Assembly: GCA_026025075.1 (NCBI GenBank)
Contig: JAPEUI010000147.1
Coordinates: 1 to 35,716 of the forward strand
Reading direction: 5' to 3'
Source of the DNA: Vezdaea acicularis
Lineage: Eukaryota
Length of the DNA: 35,716 bases
Shown in pieces: positions 10,776-22,271 of this stretch (its first letter is position 1; every line of letters starts with the position of its first letter). Under the pieces are notes generated by a model. The model saw only the letters and a list, made by a program, of their open reading frames with translations, did no database searches and was not told the origin of the DNA. The translations under genes and the position numbers were made by a program.

Positions 10776-12425
10776 ATGGTTTTACAAGGTCTAGGTCAGA
10801 AGATCAATGCGGCTGTTTCAGACTTAACTCGGTCTGCTACAGTCGATGAACAGGCTTTCAATGGCATGGTGGAAGAGATCGGGAGAGCTTTGATAGAAGC
10901 AGACGTTAACAGAAAGCTTGTAGAGAAGCTTAAGAAGTCCATCAAAATTACAGTCAAATTCAAGGAACTTGCACCTGCTGTCAACAAGAAGCGGCTAATA
11001 CAGAAGGTATGCCGCAGCATCCATTCATATTGAATGCGTTCTTGACTGGAAATTTAGGCCGTTTTCGACGAACTCGTCAGACTCGTCAATCCTCATGCCG
11101 AGCCATTCAAGCCAAAGAAGGGGAAATCAAATGTCATCATGTTTGTGGGACTGCAAGGGTCAGGCAAAACAACAACATGTACCAAGCTCGCACGGCACTA
11201 TCAAGCTCGAGGTTTTAGATCGTGCCTCATTTGTGCAGATACCTTTAGAGCAGGAGCTTTCGATCAGCTAAAGCAGAATGCTACAAAAGTCAAGATACCA
11301 TACTATGGATCTTTAACTCAAACAGACCCTGTGGTTGTGGCCAGAGAAGGAGTCGAGAAGTTCAAAAAAGAAAAGTTTGAAGTGATAATTGTCGACACGA
11401 GCGGCCGACATAAGCAAGACAAGGACCTTTTCGAAGAAATGGTACAGATACAGCAAGCAGTAAAGCCTGACCAGACAATCATGGTACTCGACGCTACGAT
11501 CGGACAAGGAGCCGAAACGCAGAGCAAAGGTTTCAAGGAGACGGCCGACTACGGGGCTATCATTGTCACCAAGACTGACGGTAATGCTAGTGGTGGCGGT
11601 GCCATCTCAGCTGTTGCTGCGACACGGACCCCTATAATATTCATCGGAACAGGAGAACACATGCTTGATCTTGAGCGTTTTGCCCCACAACAATACGTTC
11701 AAAGGCTTCTTGGCATGGGCGACATGCAAGGCCTGGTTGAGCATGTTCAATCACTGAAGTTAGACCAGAAAGACACCATGAAACATATCGCGGAAGGTGT
11801 CTTCACCGTCCGCGACCTTAGGGATCAACTCTCCAACATCATGAAAATGGGACCTCTTTCCAAGATGGCGGGTATGATACCTGGGCTGGGCCAAATGATG
11901 AATGGCATGGATGATGAGGAAGGGGGTATGAAAATGAAGCGCATGATCTACATTTGCGATTCCATGACCGAAAAAGAGCTCGACTCGGACGGCAAGATGT
12001 TCATAGACCAGCCTACCAGAATGACTCGGATAGCACACGGCTCAGGAACAAGTGTACGAGAGGTAGAAGACTTACTGACCCAGCACAAAATGATGGCAGG
12101 CATGGCAAAGAAAATGAAGGGCAATATGGCGAATATGAAGCGTGCTCAAGGGGCAATGGGTGGTGGTAATCGGGCGCAACAAATGGCGGCAATGCAGAGG
12201 CAGGCGCAAAGCATGGGAGGCGCTGGCCGAGGTGCACCTGGTGGAATAGACATCGGCGCCATGATGAAGATGCTTGGTGGCGGCGGCGGAGGCCCTGGAA
12301 TGCCAGGGATGCCAGCCGGTATGGATATGCAGCAAATGATGCAACAGATGAGCGGCATGATGGGAGGGATGGGCGGTGCTGGGAGTGGTGGACGAGGAGG
12401 TGGTGGGGGAAAAGGGAGGAGATAA
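10776..12425 (+). CDS. SRP54: Signal recognition particle 54 kDa subunit; exons 10776-11006, 11058-12425
   Basis: The protein starts MVLQGLG and has GTPase motifs [22 protein letters not shown] and TKTDG. It ends in a Met/Gly-rich M domain and tail. The intron is 11007-11057. Confidence 0.96.
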
Positions 12426-12632
12426 TCCATACTCACTTTGCCCATACATCGCAGCATTTTAAAGGAGCAAATTGCTATTTTTAGAACTCACATGGGATCA
12501 CCATTCTATGGTATTAGACCATCGATGACATTTCAGTCTTCCTGAGAAATCTAGAAGTAAACGGTGTTATCTATGTTATCAAGTACTCAACCCAAAATCT
12601 AAGCTACAAGTTCAATGAACCTAGATTCAAAA

Positions 12633-13866
12633 TCAGGTACCAAATGCTTTTTCGTAGTTGACGAGGGTGAATCGGTAGTGCACATCATTTACTTTGACCC
12701 TCTCAACAGCTTCTTTACATCCCACCTCGCTGATATCAATCGTCTCGACCCAGCTCTTAATATTCTGGCTACTAGCCAGGTTTAACATCTTGATCATTTC
12801 AGGGCGGCTGCCGATATGACTACCAGAGAGAGCTGCGCCATTGCTCACGAAATCAAAGGCATGTATCTGCGGAAGTGGCTTGTCTGGCAGGCCAACGTTA
12901 TGAAAGGCGCCATTAATGGCTAGGGTGCTCATGTAATCGCTGAGCTTGAATTCGTTTGTCATGTCACTCGTGTTCAATATGAAGTCGATTGTATATGCCC
13001 ACGGCTTTGACCAATCCTTATCCTTTGTGCAAATAAACTCTTTAGCACCAAGTTTAAGAGCGTCTTCCTTCTTTTCTGGCGTATGCGAAATTACATATGG
13101 CTCAGCACCGAGGGCTTTCGTCCACATTACCGCAAAGTGGCCAAGACCACCAAGACCAACTATGCCAATTTTCTTGCCTGGGCCAGTATTCGCACGAATA
13201 AGTGGACTGAAAGTGGTAAGGCCGGCACAAAGCATTGGCGCAGCCAATTCGCTTGGGATGTTCTCTGGGATCTTAAACGTGAAATATTCATGAGCTCGGA
13301 CATGACTTGCGTAGCCACCCTGAGAGATTGTTCCATCGGGATACGGAGCATTGTAAGTATCTTGGATATGTCAGACTCTCATATACTTCGGTGAAAAGAG
13401 CTTGTACTGACCCACTTGATGAGGGCAATAATTCTCATTATCAGACTTGCAAAGTTTGCATTCCAAACATGCCCAGATCTGAGCGCCAACACCAACACGG
13501 TCTCCGACCTTTATGGTAGTAACTTTTGGACCAACCTTGATTGCTTTTCCTACGATCTCATGGCCCACACACAGAGGTACGCTAGGGTCACCCCAGCCCT
13601 AAGCACGACTGAGCACCTAGTTTTTCACGCACGATTGCTGACTTACACCAGTGATCGTATGCACATCGCTTCCACATACTCCGCAGCATTCAATCTTAAT
13701 ATCGATGTCACGGTCTTCAAACTTCTTTGGTTTAAACTAGCCGGCAAGATTTGGTAACCATGACACAGACGTGGAATAGAAGCCTTCGAACCTCTTTTTT
13801 CGAAAACTTGCTCCACTGTTGTGGAGATTCAATCATGAAGCCCTCGAAGGTATCTGGATAGACCAT
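12633..13866 (-). CDS. Zn-dependent NADP(H) alcohol dehydrogenase (cinnamyl-alcohol dehydrogenase/ADH6-like), 4 exons
   Basis: The spliced sequence gives CGVCGSDVH, GHEIVG, the structural Zn motif CLECKLCKSDNENYC, AAPMLCAG and GLGGLG. Three GT-AG introns lie near 13791-13737, 13646-13599 and ~13410-13361. Confidence 0.92.
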
Positions 13867-15256
13867 TTTTGACGGTATTTACTGCAATCGCATGAATGAT
13901 CTCCAAGTGGGTGCCACGGCACTCAAGTATTATGAGATGGCGGCACATAATAATGAGGTCATATGAGGTCTGGAGCACTATTCAGCGGATCCACAAAGCG
14001 GTGACATAGTGATGTCGTCGAAGACCATGCCAAGCACAGGCCATCCGTGAATTATGTCTTTCATTTCTGGTAGTCTCTATGGAATCGACGCAACGGATCC
14101 ATATACCCAGGTGCGAGGGTATGAACCATTCTAGCGAAGATATAGAAAGTTTGGTAACGCCATGTATCGCAGAATGTGGAGCTGTGGCGTAGTTCCCGTG
14201 TGGGCCGATCGGCAATCTCTCATAAGTCGCAGAAACAAAGCCTTACGCAAAGAATCCAAAACCTAGTTGGTGCACACAACTGTTGCGTAAAATTTCCCCT
14301 CTATCTCATTAATTTAATAAGTCTCTCTTGGCAAGCATGTCATCAGATCTTGGTACAAAGAATCTCCGTTTAAGAAATTGTTTCTGGATAATGCTGACGA
14401 GCAAGTTTGGGGCCAATTGTAGTCGTGTCGAAGTAGTAAATGGATGTCTATACTCATATCCTCTAGTACCTCCCCGCGATCTTATCTACAGTCGGGCTCA
14501 TTGTGCCGGCTTGCGCGATATCAGCGGAGACTCAAAGCACAAGTTGACCGGATACATAACAATCCAGAGTATCCCTCGCGAAAACCCGTAACCCATGACA
14601 CAACTTCCCTGAAGACGATCGCACTATCACATTCCGTTTGCTATTTGCTTATCACCCTTGTGTGGTATCGATAGGCCTAAGTTACGTTGAGGCCATTGGA
14701 TTGCGACTGAGAGGAGAATTGCTCGACAATCAATAGTGGAGCCTCAAATTGCGTTCAAGGCTTCAGATGCTTTCTATCACGTTGTAGTGCGCGTGTTGTT
14801 TCCACATCGATCACCCGAAGGAGCTTCGCCCAAGCGCTAAATTGATACTAATATCAACGAGGTTGACCTTGTTAACTGCTGGGTCCGTCTTATCTTTGCT
14901 TTGTTGAATGAGCCATTTGTCGCTCTCATTCTGCATAGTATAGGATACGCCCTTTGCCTTGTCGCGTTGGCTCAAAGCTCGGATCGCTCTTGGGCTATTC
15001 TCAAACATCTCCCGCGCCGCTCCCGAAACATGGCTTAGCTATCTGAAGAACCTTGCAGACGCAATACCACTTGCACTCCAAACCACAGCGTGACAAGAAA
15101 AGTTCTCACGGGAGCACTCATAATCTTCTTCTACCAAATTCACGCGATAGGTCTGTGCTTTGAGGCAGAGGTAGCCGTTTGCTATGATATCTTATCCTCT
15201 CCTTGCTGATTCGCCATCGAACCAGCTGTTCTCTCCGGGTCCACTGAGTAGGAACA

Positions 15257-16072
15257 ATGTTCTGTGTTTTCCTTACATTCCTTGTCTTATTAAGACCCAA
15301 TATATTCTACTTTGGCTTGGCCACACCCTCGCCACCCCAACCACCCGAGAGAACCAATCCTACCGCCACCGAGTATTCTCGCATTGAGCGTGATGCTTTA
15401 GATATGCTCTATAATGACATCGCGTATCACCCTTTCAGCCCCGATCGGCTGAATCCCGATATGTGGATATCCTGTGACGGCTCCCTTCCGCCTAGCGAAC
15501 TATTTCCACCGACCAATCCGCGGGAAAACTATGCAGACATGTATCGCCTCTGTTCCTACATTGGATTATTTGGTTTTGGACAGCGCTTCCAATCTCAGAA
15601 TATGGGTTGTGCATGCCGAAACCCTGGCCTGCACGAGTTTGTGTACTGCTTCCCGCCGCCGATCTCGGACCCGGTACTATGGTACAACATGAATTTGCTC
15701 AGGGCATGCGAGAAAGCTTGTAGGTGTATCAAGAAACCGGAGCCCATCGACTTGACATCAAATCCAATTTATAGGAGCCACAATACAGTTGTAGGCCTTC
15801 TAGATGACAGGTTATACGTGCATAGGACCCTCGGTCCGACCCAGCAAATCACGAAGTTCTATCAGTTGGGAACGAGTAAAGGGCATGGTAGAGAGCACGA
15901 AAGACATAGAGAAAGGAAAGGCCTTCAGAAACCCGAGCGTCCGAGAGCGAGCGCCCGCATGGCGTCAATAATGATTCCGTCTTGTCGAACGCGGCCACCA
16001 GGAAAACGATCAGGATTCAGTTGGGATGGCGCCACATGCGACCAGCTACTCAGTGGATCCAGCGGTCCATGA
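15257..16072 (+). CDS. Putative secreted cysteine-rich protein of unknown family
   Basis: This 271-aa ORF has a good start context (aacaATG) and a hydrophobic N-terminus (MFCVFLTFLVLL). An 8-Cys central domain is followed by a basic C-terminal tail. Confidence 0.6.
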   Translation: MFCVFLTFLVLLRPNIFYFGLATPSPPQPPERTNPTATEYSRIERDALDMLYNDIAYHPFSPDRLNPDMWISCDGSLPPSELFPPTNPRENYADMYRLCSYIGLFGFGQRFQSQNMGCACRNPGLHEFVYCFPPPISDPVLWYNMNLLRACEKACRCIKKPEPIDLTSNPIYRSHNTVVGLLDDRLYVHRTLGPTQQITKFYQLGTSKGHGREHERHRERKGLQKPERPRASARMASIMIPSCRTRPPGKRSGFSWDGATCDQLLSGSSGP

Positions 16073-16778
16073 AAGAGAACGGATACTTCCAAAGCCAGGT
16101 GATTGTCAACTCTTTCATCTAATACGTTCTTAGTCGGGCTTTTCAAGCTCTCGGACCGGCGTGAGGTAGGCTGGCTTTGAGAGAATTGACCATGAATGAG
16201 GCCTTTTCTGGGTTCTTCTGCGAGATGATTGAGATGGATGGCACTATTCTCTTGCAACTTCTAGCTGTGGCGTTAGAGTTGGAAGCTTAAGAAAGGGGGC
16301 ACTGGCCTGAAAGGAGAAGGTGACAATCCAACACCCCAATAACAATCGTAGAACATCGATAACATGCAACCGATATTCTAAAGTGTATACTTCGGGGAAA
16401 GTATGCTTTCAATCTAACACTTTTCTTCGAGCATGAACCGATAATTCTGGAACATATTTACGCCAAGCTTTCGAGATTGTGTGATACTCCTCGAGAATCC
16501 GCACACCTTATAATTTAACCTAGCGTCTTTGTTTCTGAATTCTTGCTGAACTCCTAGGTTGACTGATCCAGTAAACATGTTGTGAGAGTTTCAAGCTAGC
16601 ATTTGTTCCTAAGTGGGCTATCATACACACATTGACCGCCGATACAACGCTTGCAAAATCGCCTCATTCGCAGTATTTGGTATATAAGAAGCTCTCCAAA
16701 ACATAAGCGCTCTATCCAACACTCCAACCATGTGAGAATTCCATGGGAAGCAGATCCCTTGAGATTGCGCAAAAACGT

Positions 16779-18437
16779 CTAATCATCCTTTCCGCTCTTT
16801 GTAGAAATAGGCAGTGGTTTCGATACAAAACCAGAAGCCTCGACCCGCTCTGCAGGAAGATTCAAGCTCTTCTCCCATTCGCTCATCAACGTTGAGGCGG
16901 TGCGCTTGAAACTTCCCGTCGACAATTTTGACAATTTCGGCCATGAGACCTCATCGCGCTTGCCGGAGATAGAGCCATTGGCCATATGAAGCTTAGACTT
17001 AGGAACGCTACTCCCTACCGGCGGGCTTCCGTGAGACGTAGTGGGTGATGCATTTCCTTCCGAGACATAAGTACTACTACTCCAGCGAGGGGAAGCTGTT
17101 CTTGTGTTCGGCGTGCCCCAGCTGTCCCAAGCTTCATCTTCCTCGGCCTGCTCTATATCTTGCGGAATATGTGGCTTGGACTTCTTAGCGACTGCAGAAT
17201 TGGGAGGTGGATAGGTTGGAGTGTTATCCTCGACGCTGTGGTCTTTCCAAAATGTACCTCCAACATCAATCAGTGTTGAAATATCTAGTGGTTTCGCGTC
17301 TTTGGGTCCAGAACTCTTTCCTGAGCGACCCGGTGATTGAGCACTCGGACTATTCCTCCCATTACTACGTAGACTATGCTTGCTGCCTTGCTTTCGCGCA
17401 CCCCTGGGCGTCGTTAAGTCCGAACCCGTCCTTGTAGCTGTAGCATTGACCCCTTCCTCGCCCACAGTAGCCTGCCTCAAGTCATCCAAAAATGTCCATA
17501 GTCCATCTTTGAAGTCCTCAGCCATCTTTCTGCCTGTCCGAAGAAGTGCATCTTTCTGCGGCCCCGACATAGAATTTCGTGTCTTTCCAGCAGCATCAGT
17601 CACATTCGCAGGGACTATCGAGGAAATGGATGGCGGCGTCTGGACTTTCGAAATGCCCTGCTCTTTGACTTGCGGACTCGGACTTATGAGATTGGACGAT
17701 TGAGGGAAAGTTTGCCTTTGACCGGCCCTAGATGGGTCCAACAAAGACAATGTACGAGTGTGCCTTTGGCCGGACATAACAGTCCGGTGAGAATTCCTGT
17801 TGCCATTTCCAAGTGGCTTTCGGCACGATTCTTCCCTGCTCTGCCTTGACGGTAGACTACCCTCCTCACTGCTGCTAGCTCCTCCATTCGCATTACTTCT
17901 AAGCGGCTGTAGTTGCTCCACGTGCCTAACTTCATTACGTTTTTTGTGTGCCTCATGTAGAGCCCACTGCCGCTTAAGTTTAGCCAGATCTCCTTCTGCT
18001 TGTTGCAGCTCTTCCTTTAATTCCAACACCTTTCGTTCTTGTGCAGCTAACGCTACCAAGAACCTTGTAGGGTCTTTTGATGGCGTCTGTACTTCCTCAA
18101 ATGGGGATTTTACCGCTGGTGTCGCCGGTGTAGTCGACGCCACAGAGGATGGGGTATGTCCGCCATTTAGCTGTGGGGTACCAGGAAGCTGTACTGGAAA
18201 GCTAAGGGATAAGCGTTCTCCTCTACGTGATCCTGTGACCATTGATGTTGATCTTGCATGAAACGATGTCGGTCTTGGTGGGGGAGACATGACTGAAGTT
18301 GTATTTGGAATGGGTTGGTTATTAACATGCTCTGGTGGAATCCCTACACCCGCAGACCCTCTTGAGCTTGACGCATTTTCAACGACTTCTTGAGGTCGCC
18401 CTCGACCTACAAGCGTCTCCGAGATATCTTCGTCCAT
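16779..18437 (-). CDS. DUF4048-family coiled-coil/disordered protein
   Basis: FLVALAAQERKVLELKEELQQAEGDLAKLKRQWALHE, RHTRTLSLL and GRKMAEDFKDGLWTFLDDLRQATVGEE are motifs I recall from this conserved fungal family. Confidence 0.75.
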   Translation of the reverse strand: MDEDISETLVGRGRPQEVVENASSSRGSAGVGIPPEHVNNQPIPNTTSVMSPPPRPTSFHARSTSMVTGSRRGERLSLSFPVQLPGTPQLNGGHTPSSVASTTPATPAVKSPFEEVQTPSKDPTRFLVALAAQERKVLELKEELQQAEGDLAKLKRQWALHEAHKKRNEVRHVEQLQPLRSNANGGASSSEEGSLPSRQSREESCRKPLGNGNRNSHRTVMSGQRHTRTLSLLDPSRAGQRQTFPQSSNLISPSPQVKEQGISKVQTPPSISSIVPANVTDAAGKTRNSMSGPQKDALLRTGRKMAEDFKDGLWTFLDDLRQATVGEEGVNATATRTGSDLTTPRGARKQGSKHSLRSNGRNSPSAQSPGRSGKSSGPKDAKPLDISTLIDVGGTFWKDHSVEDNTPTYPPPNSAVAKKSKPHIPQDIEQAEEDEAWDSWGTPNTRTASPRWSSSTYVSEGNASPTTSHGSPPVGSSVPKSKLHMANGSISGKRDEVSWPKLSKLSTGSFKRTASTLMSEWEKSLNLPAERVEASGFVSKPLPISTKSGKDD

Positions 18438-18799
18438 GGCTCATAAGCTCCAAAGCCTGCTGCTCTGCGATTTATATCACAACCGTTCGCCCACTATTCG
18501 TTGTTCAAGGGATGTCGCGTCCACCTTGGCGAGGATGCAAACAACCTAAAACCTCTAATCGCCCCTCAGCTAGCGATAGCCCCTATAGTGAAGCTTTGAT
18601 AGAAGTTGCAATCGAGATTCTATGGGCGAAGATTTGAATACTTTGCCAGCTCACACATTGGGAGACTTAGATAAATATAATTGGTTCGATACATATTGCA
18701 TCAGACCGGAGTTTTGCCTATGGTCCTCTATTTATCTATCCTCGCCTAGCATTCGCGCATAACTTTTACAGGCTTCAACTCAGTAAACTCTCAAGGATC

Positions 18800-19551
18800 A
18801 TGAACTTCCCAGGGCGATCCGGCTTCGCTGGCCTTCCTGCTGGGCCAAGTGAGGATGGTGCCTCTGCGGAACAGCTGCAGCAACAGCAAATCATGAAGAC
18901 CGTGTGTCCTTCTTCCTACTGGCTAATCTCATGGCCGACCACCCTAAGGGAGGCTGGAAACTGACCTTTCTCTAGATGCAAGCCGGCATGGAAAGCTGTG
19001 TGGTTAAATCGGTGATGGCTGGAGGGGCCGGATTCGTCATGGGAGGGATGTTTGGGCTCTTCATATCAAGTGTACGTACTAGATGCCGTGGGACTCTGTC
19101 TCCTACGTCGTCATAGCGGCATGCTAATTCCACTCCTCGCGCATAGATGAGCTATGACACTCCTCTTACACCTAAAGGACAAGAGCTTGCTACGCTTTCG
19201 ACGAGAGAGCAACTGCGCCGAGGGTTCAAAGATATGGGCGCAAAGTCATACAGTTCCGCCAAGAATTTTGGGAGGATAGGGGCGATATACGCGGGAACAG
19301 AGTGTTGTATTGAAGGAGTATGTAACATTCCTACTTGAAGACACCATGCTATGGCAGGTACTAAATGCTGACCAATACCACAGTACCGGGCAAAGAATGA
19401 TCTTGCAAACGGAGTAATAGCTGGCTGTCTCACAGGTGGCGCGATTTCATATAAAGCAGGGCCTCAAGCCGCTGCTGTAGGTTGCGCAGGGTTCGCAGCG
19501 TTTAGTCTTGCAATTGATTACTATATGCGGATGCCAGAGTCTGAAGATTAA
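18800..19551 (+). CDS. TIM22: Mitochondrial inner-membrane translocase Tim22; exons 18800-18901, 18976-19071, 19147-19317, 19384-19551
   Basis: The spliced product reads [76 protein letters not shown]. Three GT-AG introns are required. Confidence 0.95.
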
Positions 19552-19739
19552 GGGTGGTGATCAAACAGGGTAAGTACTTGTACTTTTGTAGCATCAAGAG
19601 GAGCATTTTGGGACGGAGTCCAGCATAGCATTGGAAGGCGAAGGAGCATGTTACTTATCTGCAGAGACGGTTTGTAATCCGGAAGAAGATTTCTCATCTC
19701 AATTCCTATAAGACTTAAAACGATTTATCCCCTTGGGAG

Positions 19740-20402
19740 AGATTACACTGGCCTAGACCGTCAATTTTCCCCGCTTGAAAATTGCGATGGTACAATGTCT
19801 GCCGCAAAACACAGCATTTGACTCGAACTTCGCTTGGAAGTTCTTGAGCCTTCGTTCAATCTTAGACATGCCTCCACTTCCTGTTATAATTTCGCCGTCG
19901 GTGTTACCCAAGGGCAACATTTTTTGAAGGATCTAGATCAAAGTCAGGAGGAAGGCAACTGTCAGTAATGTTTGAGGTGAATGAAACATCTCCAAGGCTG
20001 CAATTTCACTCAAAAAGCATTGACTTCATCTAATTCTTCAATGCCGCAACGGTCAAACTATTGCTCGGAATTTTCTGTGGCTTCTGCACACGGGTAGGTC
20101 TGGATTCGTCGGTCTATTTTAGAGAGCTCCCAGCTGGTTATCAGGGGATTCTGTTGGTTGCATTTATCTTCAAGTACCCTTTGATATTGCTTTAAAGGGC
20201 ATGTCGGTTTGGATTGGGGGCTACACTTATTCCCAGGGATACAGTCGGCAGTGGTCAAGGCATGTCGCTCTTTTCGTGAAGCATTCGTCATTGAAAGCTC
20301 TCCTCCAAAGCCAAATCCTATTCCCTCAGGAGGCGATCATCCTCGCGGATCACTAAATGGGAGACAGAGGGGAGTGGATAATCCAATAGCTGATGCGCAC
20401 AT
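19740..20402 (-). pseudogene. Possible decayed gene remnant between TIM22 and QTRT2
   Basis: A frame starting at ATG 20402 continues through in-frame stops into the 77-aa ORF. An intron-like branch/acceptor (ttactgacag) lies near 19960. No family was recognised. Confidence 0.2.
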
Positions 20403-20469
20403 AGTACCTTTTGCAAGTAGATACGTTGAAGACCGCTGTGATAACAATAGATTAGCCCTGTAGCGTAGC

Positions 20470-21959
20470 TTACTTATCTGTGCTAGTAGGTAGGTCTTCA
20501 TTCAGTCCCCACAACTCTTTGTCTCCGAACCCGTCATGTGTCATGTTCATAAGTCCGTTTGTTGAAGCGGGTCTAGTATCGTCCGCTTGAACAGGCAGAG
20601 CCTTTTCATCAAGCACACGGAACGCAATATCATTCTTTTTCTTGTCTCCTCCCTCAGATTTGAATTGATAGCCTCTCACCCTAGGCCCTAGACCAGTCTT
20701 CTCAGGCAATTCTGCTTCGTAAGACCTCTCAAAAACTTTAACATCAGTTTCAAACGTGCTATTGGCTATAGCATTTCTGATCCCTTGAAAAAACATGTCC
20801 ATAGTGCGTAGATTATGTATCTGGAGAAGAACCCACCCGAGCATTTCCTTTGCGACCAGTAGATGCTGAAGATAAGCACGATGGTGAGCAGTGCACGCGT
20901 AACAATCGCAGTCGTCTTGGAGAGCTGATAGGGAATTGCTATGGGCTGTAGACCACATATCTACTCCAAGAGACAATCTTTTACCTTTTTCGGGTTGGAT
21001 AGCTGGAAATCTGAATGCTAGCGCTATGCCTGCATCGGTGGCTGCGCTGAGAAAAGGTATCGTAACAAGGTCCACACCTTGGGATACTGCATTAAGGACA
21101 TGGTAAGGCGTCCGTGGTTCACCTAGATACAGTCGAGGGAGGTCGAATAATGCTGATGGAAGGGATTGGATGTTGGCAGTGGAGTATAGAGCTAGACCAG
21201 AAATGTTAGGCAGGTGTGAGCTTACGAGTTGATCGAGGTAGTAGCTTTGCTGTTCTAGCTCTATAGGGAGCAGCGGTGCAAAAATTGGAGACGTGTCCGG
21301 CCTTTTACTTGAAATATGCGATTGAAGCCAAGCGTCTGTTCTGTCTCCCATCCTCTCGATACGCTTTAAGCCGGGAGTGGCGCCGTAGACTACATCAGCT
21401 AAACCAACTGTTATATCGGGGCAGAGAGCCTGTGAAGCAAAGATGTAGGAGTCGTTTGAGAGGCTGCCAAAACCTACACTGGTAAGAATCGATATACCAC
21501 TGTTCGTATTGGCCGTAGGGCATAGAACCGGAGGAGCGCGACGTGGTCCGAGCACGAGTAGGGCGTTGTCATGAAGGGCTATGAAGCGACGAAAGGGGTG
21601 TTTGTGTGAAGCGGGCAGCGAATAAACCGGAGGGGTAGCTTGGGGAGACTTTTCGATAACTGAGCGCAAGGCGCCGTCAGCGGCTTCCGGATAAACGGAG
21701 TAGAGGACTGCCCACAGTCTTCGAGGGCAACATAGACGCCTGGCACATTTGCATGATCCCGGAGATTATCTTGTGATAAGTGTGGCACGATTCCTCGCGA
21801 TGTGAGCGCGATGTAGTTTGGCGTCTCTATTGCACGTTTCCCTTTCAGTAATATTCTCCCTAATCGTTCGCCGATGTTATTTGTAGGTCGCCGTGAGATA
21901 GTAAATGAAAGCATCTCTTCAGAAAGCTGCGCCGAAGACTGAGGACTAGGTCCTGCCAT
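20470..21959 (-). CDS. QTRT2: Queuine tRNA-ribosyltransferase accessory subunit; exons 21959-21716, 21659-20470
   Basis: IETPNYIALTSRGIVPHLSQD is present and ALEDFIEK is reconstituted across intron 21715-21660. The Zn site is CDCYACTAHHRAYLQHLL..EML..LLQIHN, consistent with a TGT fold. Confidence 0.85.
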
Positions 21960-22271
21960 GCCGGTTGATTGCTTTGGACTAAGCCGGTGCGGGAGATATT
22001 GAGCTCCGTCAATCGCGCAGGGGGACTGTACGTCGAAATTAGTTTGTCAAGCTGTAATTCGTCAAAATTTCGATACGGCGGAGGAAGTTCCCCACTCATG
22101 CAGCGCTGGCCTGAGTACACCCGAACCTCAACTCCGCCTAAACAAAGGTCCAGGCCGTGGTCCTTAAGAGGCCCCTCACGATCTTCCTGAGTCTTAGCTG
22201 GAACGTATGAAGATGAGAGGCAGCTATCCTAACCCTTTGCGCCATTAAGTGGACATCACCTAGCAACGGTC

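Noticed and set aside
12110..12425. Gly/Met-rich low-complexity tail of SRP54 and its Pro-rich antisense ORFs
   Set aside because: The tail is a normal feature of fungal SRP54, and the antisense ORFs are shadows of it.
20337..20339. In-frame TGA in the 20402 minus frame as selenocysteine or readthrough
   Set aside because: There is no recognisable selenoprotein context or SECIS, other stops follow, and Dikarya lack Sec machinery.
22228..22236. CCTAACCCT telomere-like 9-mer just upstream of the POT1-like gene
   Set aside because: It is only 1.5 repeats, which is expected by chance in 35 kb. There is no array and no room for a telomerase RNA in a ~310-bp bidirectional promoter.
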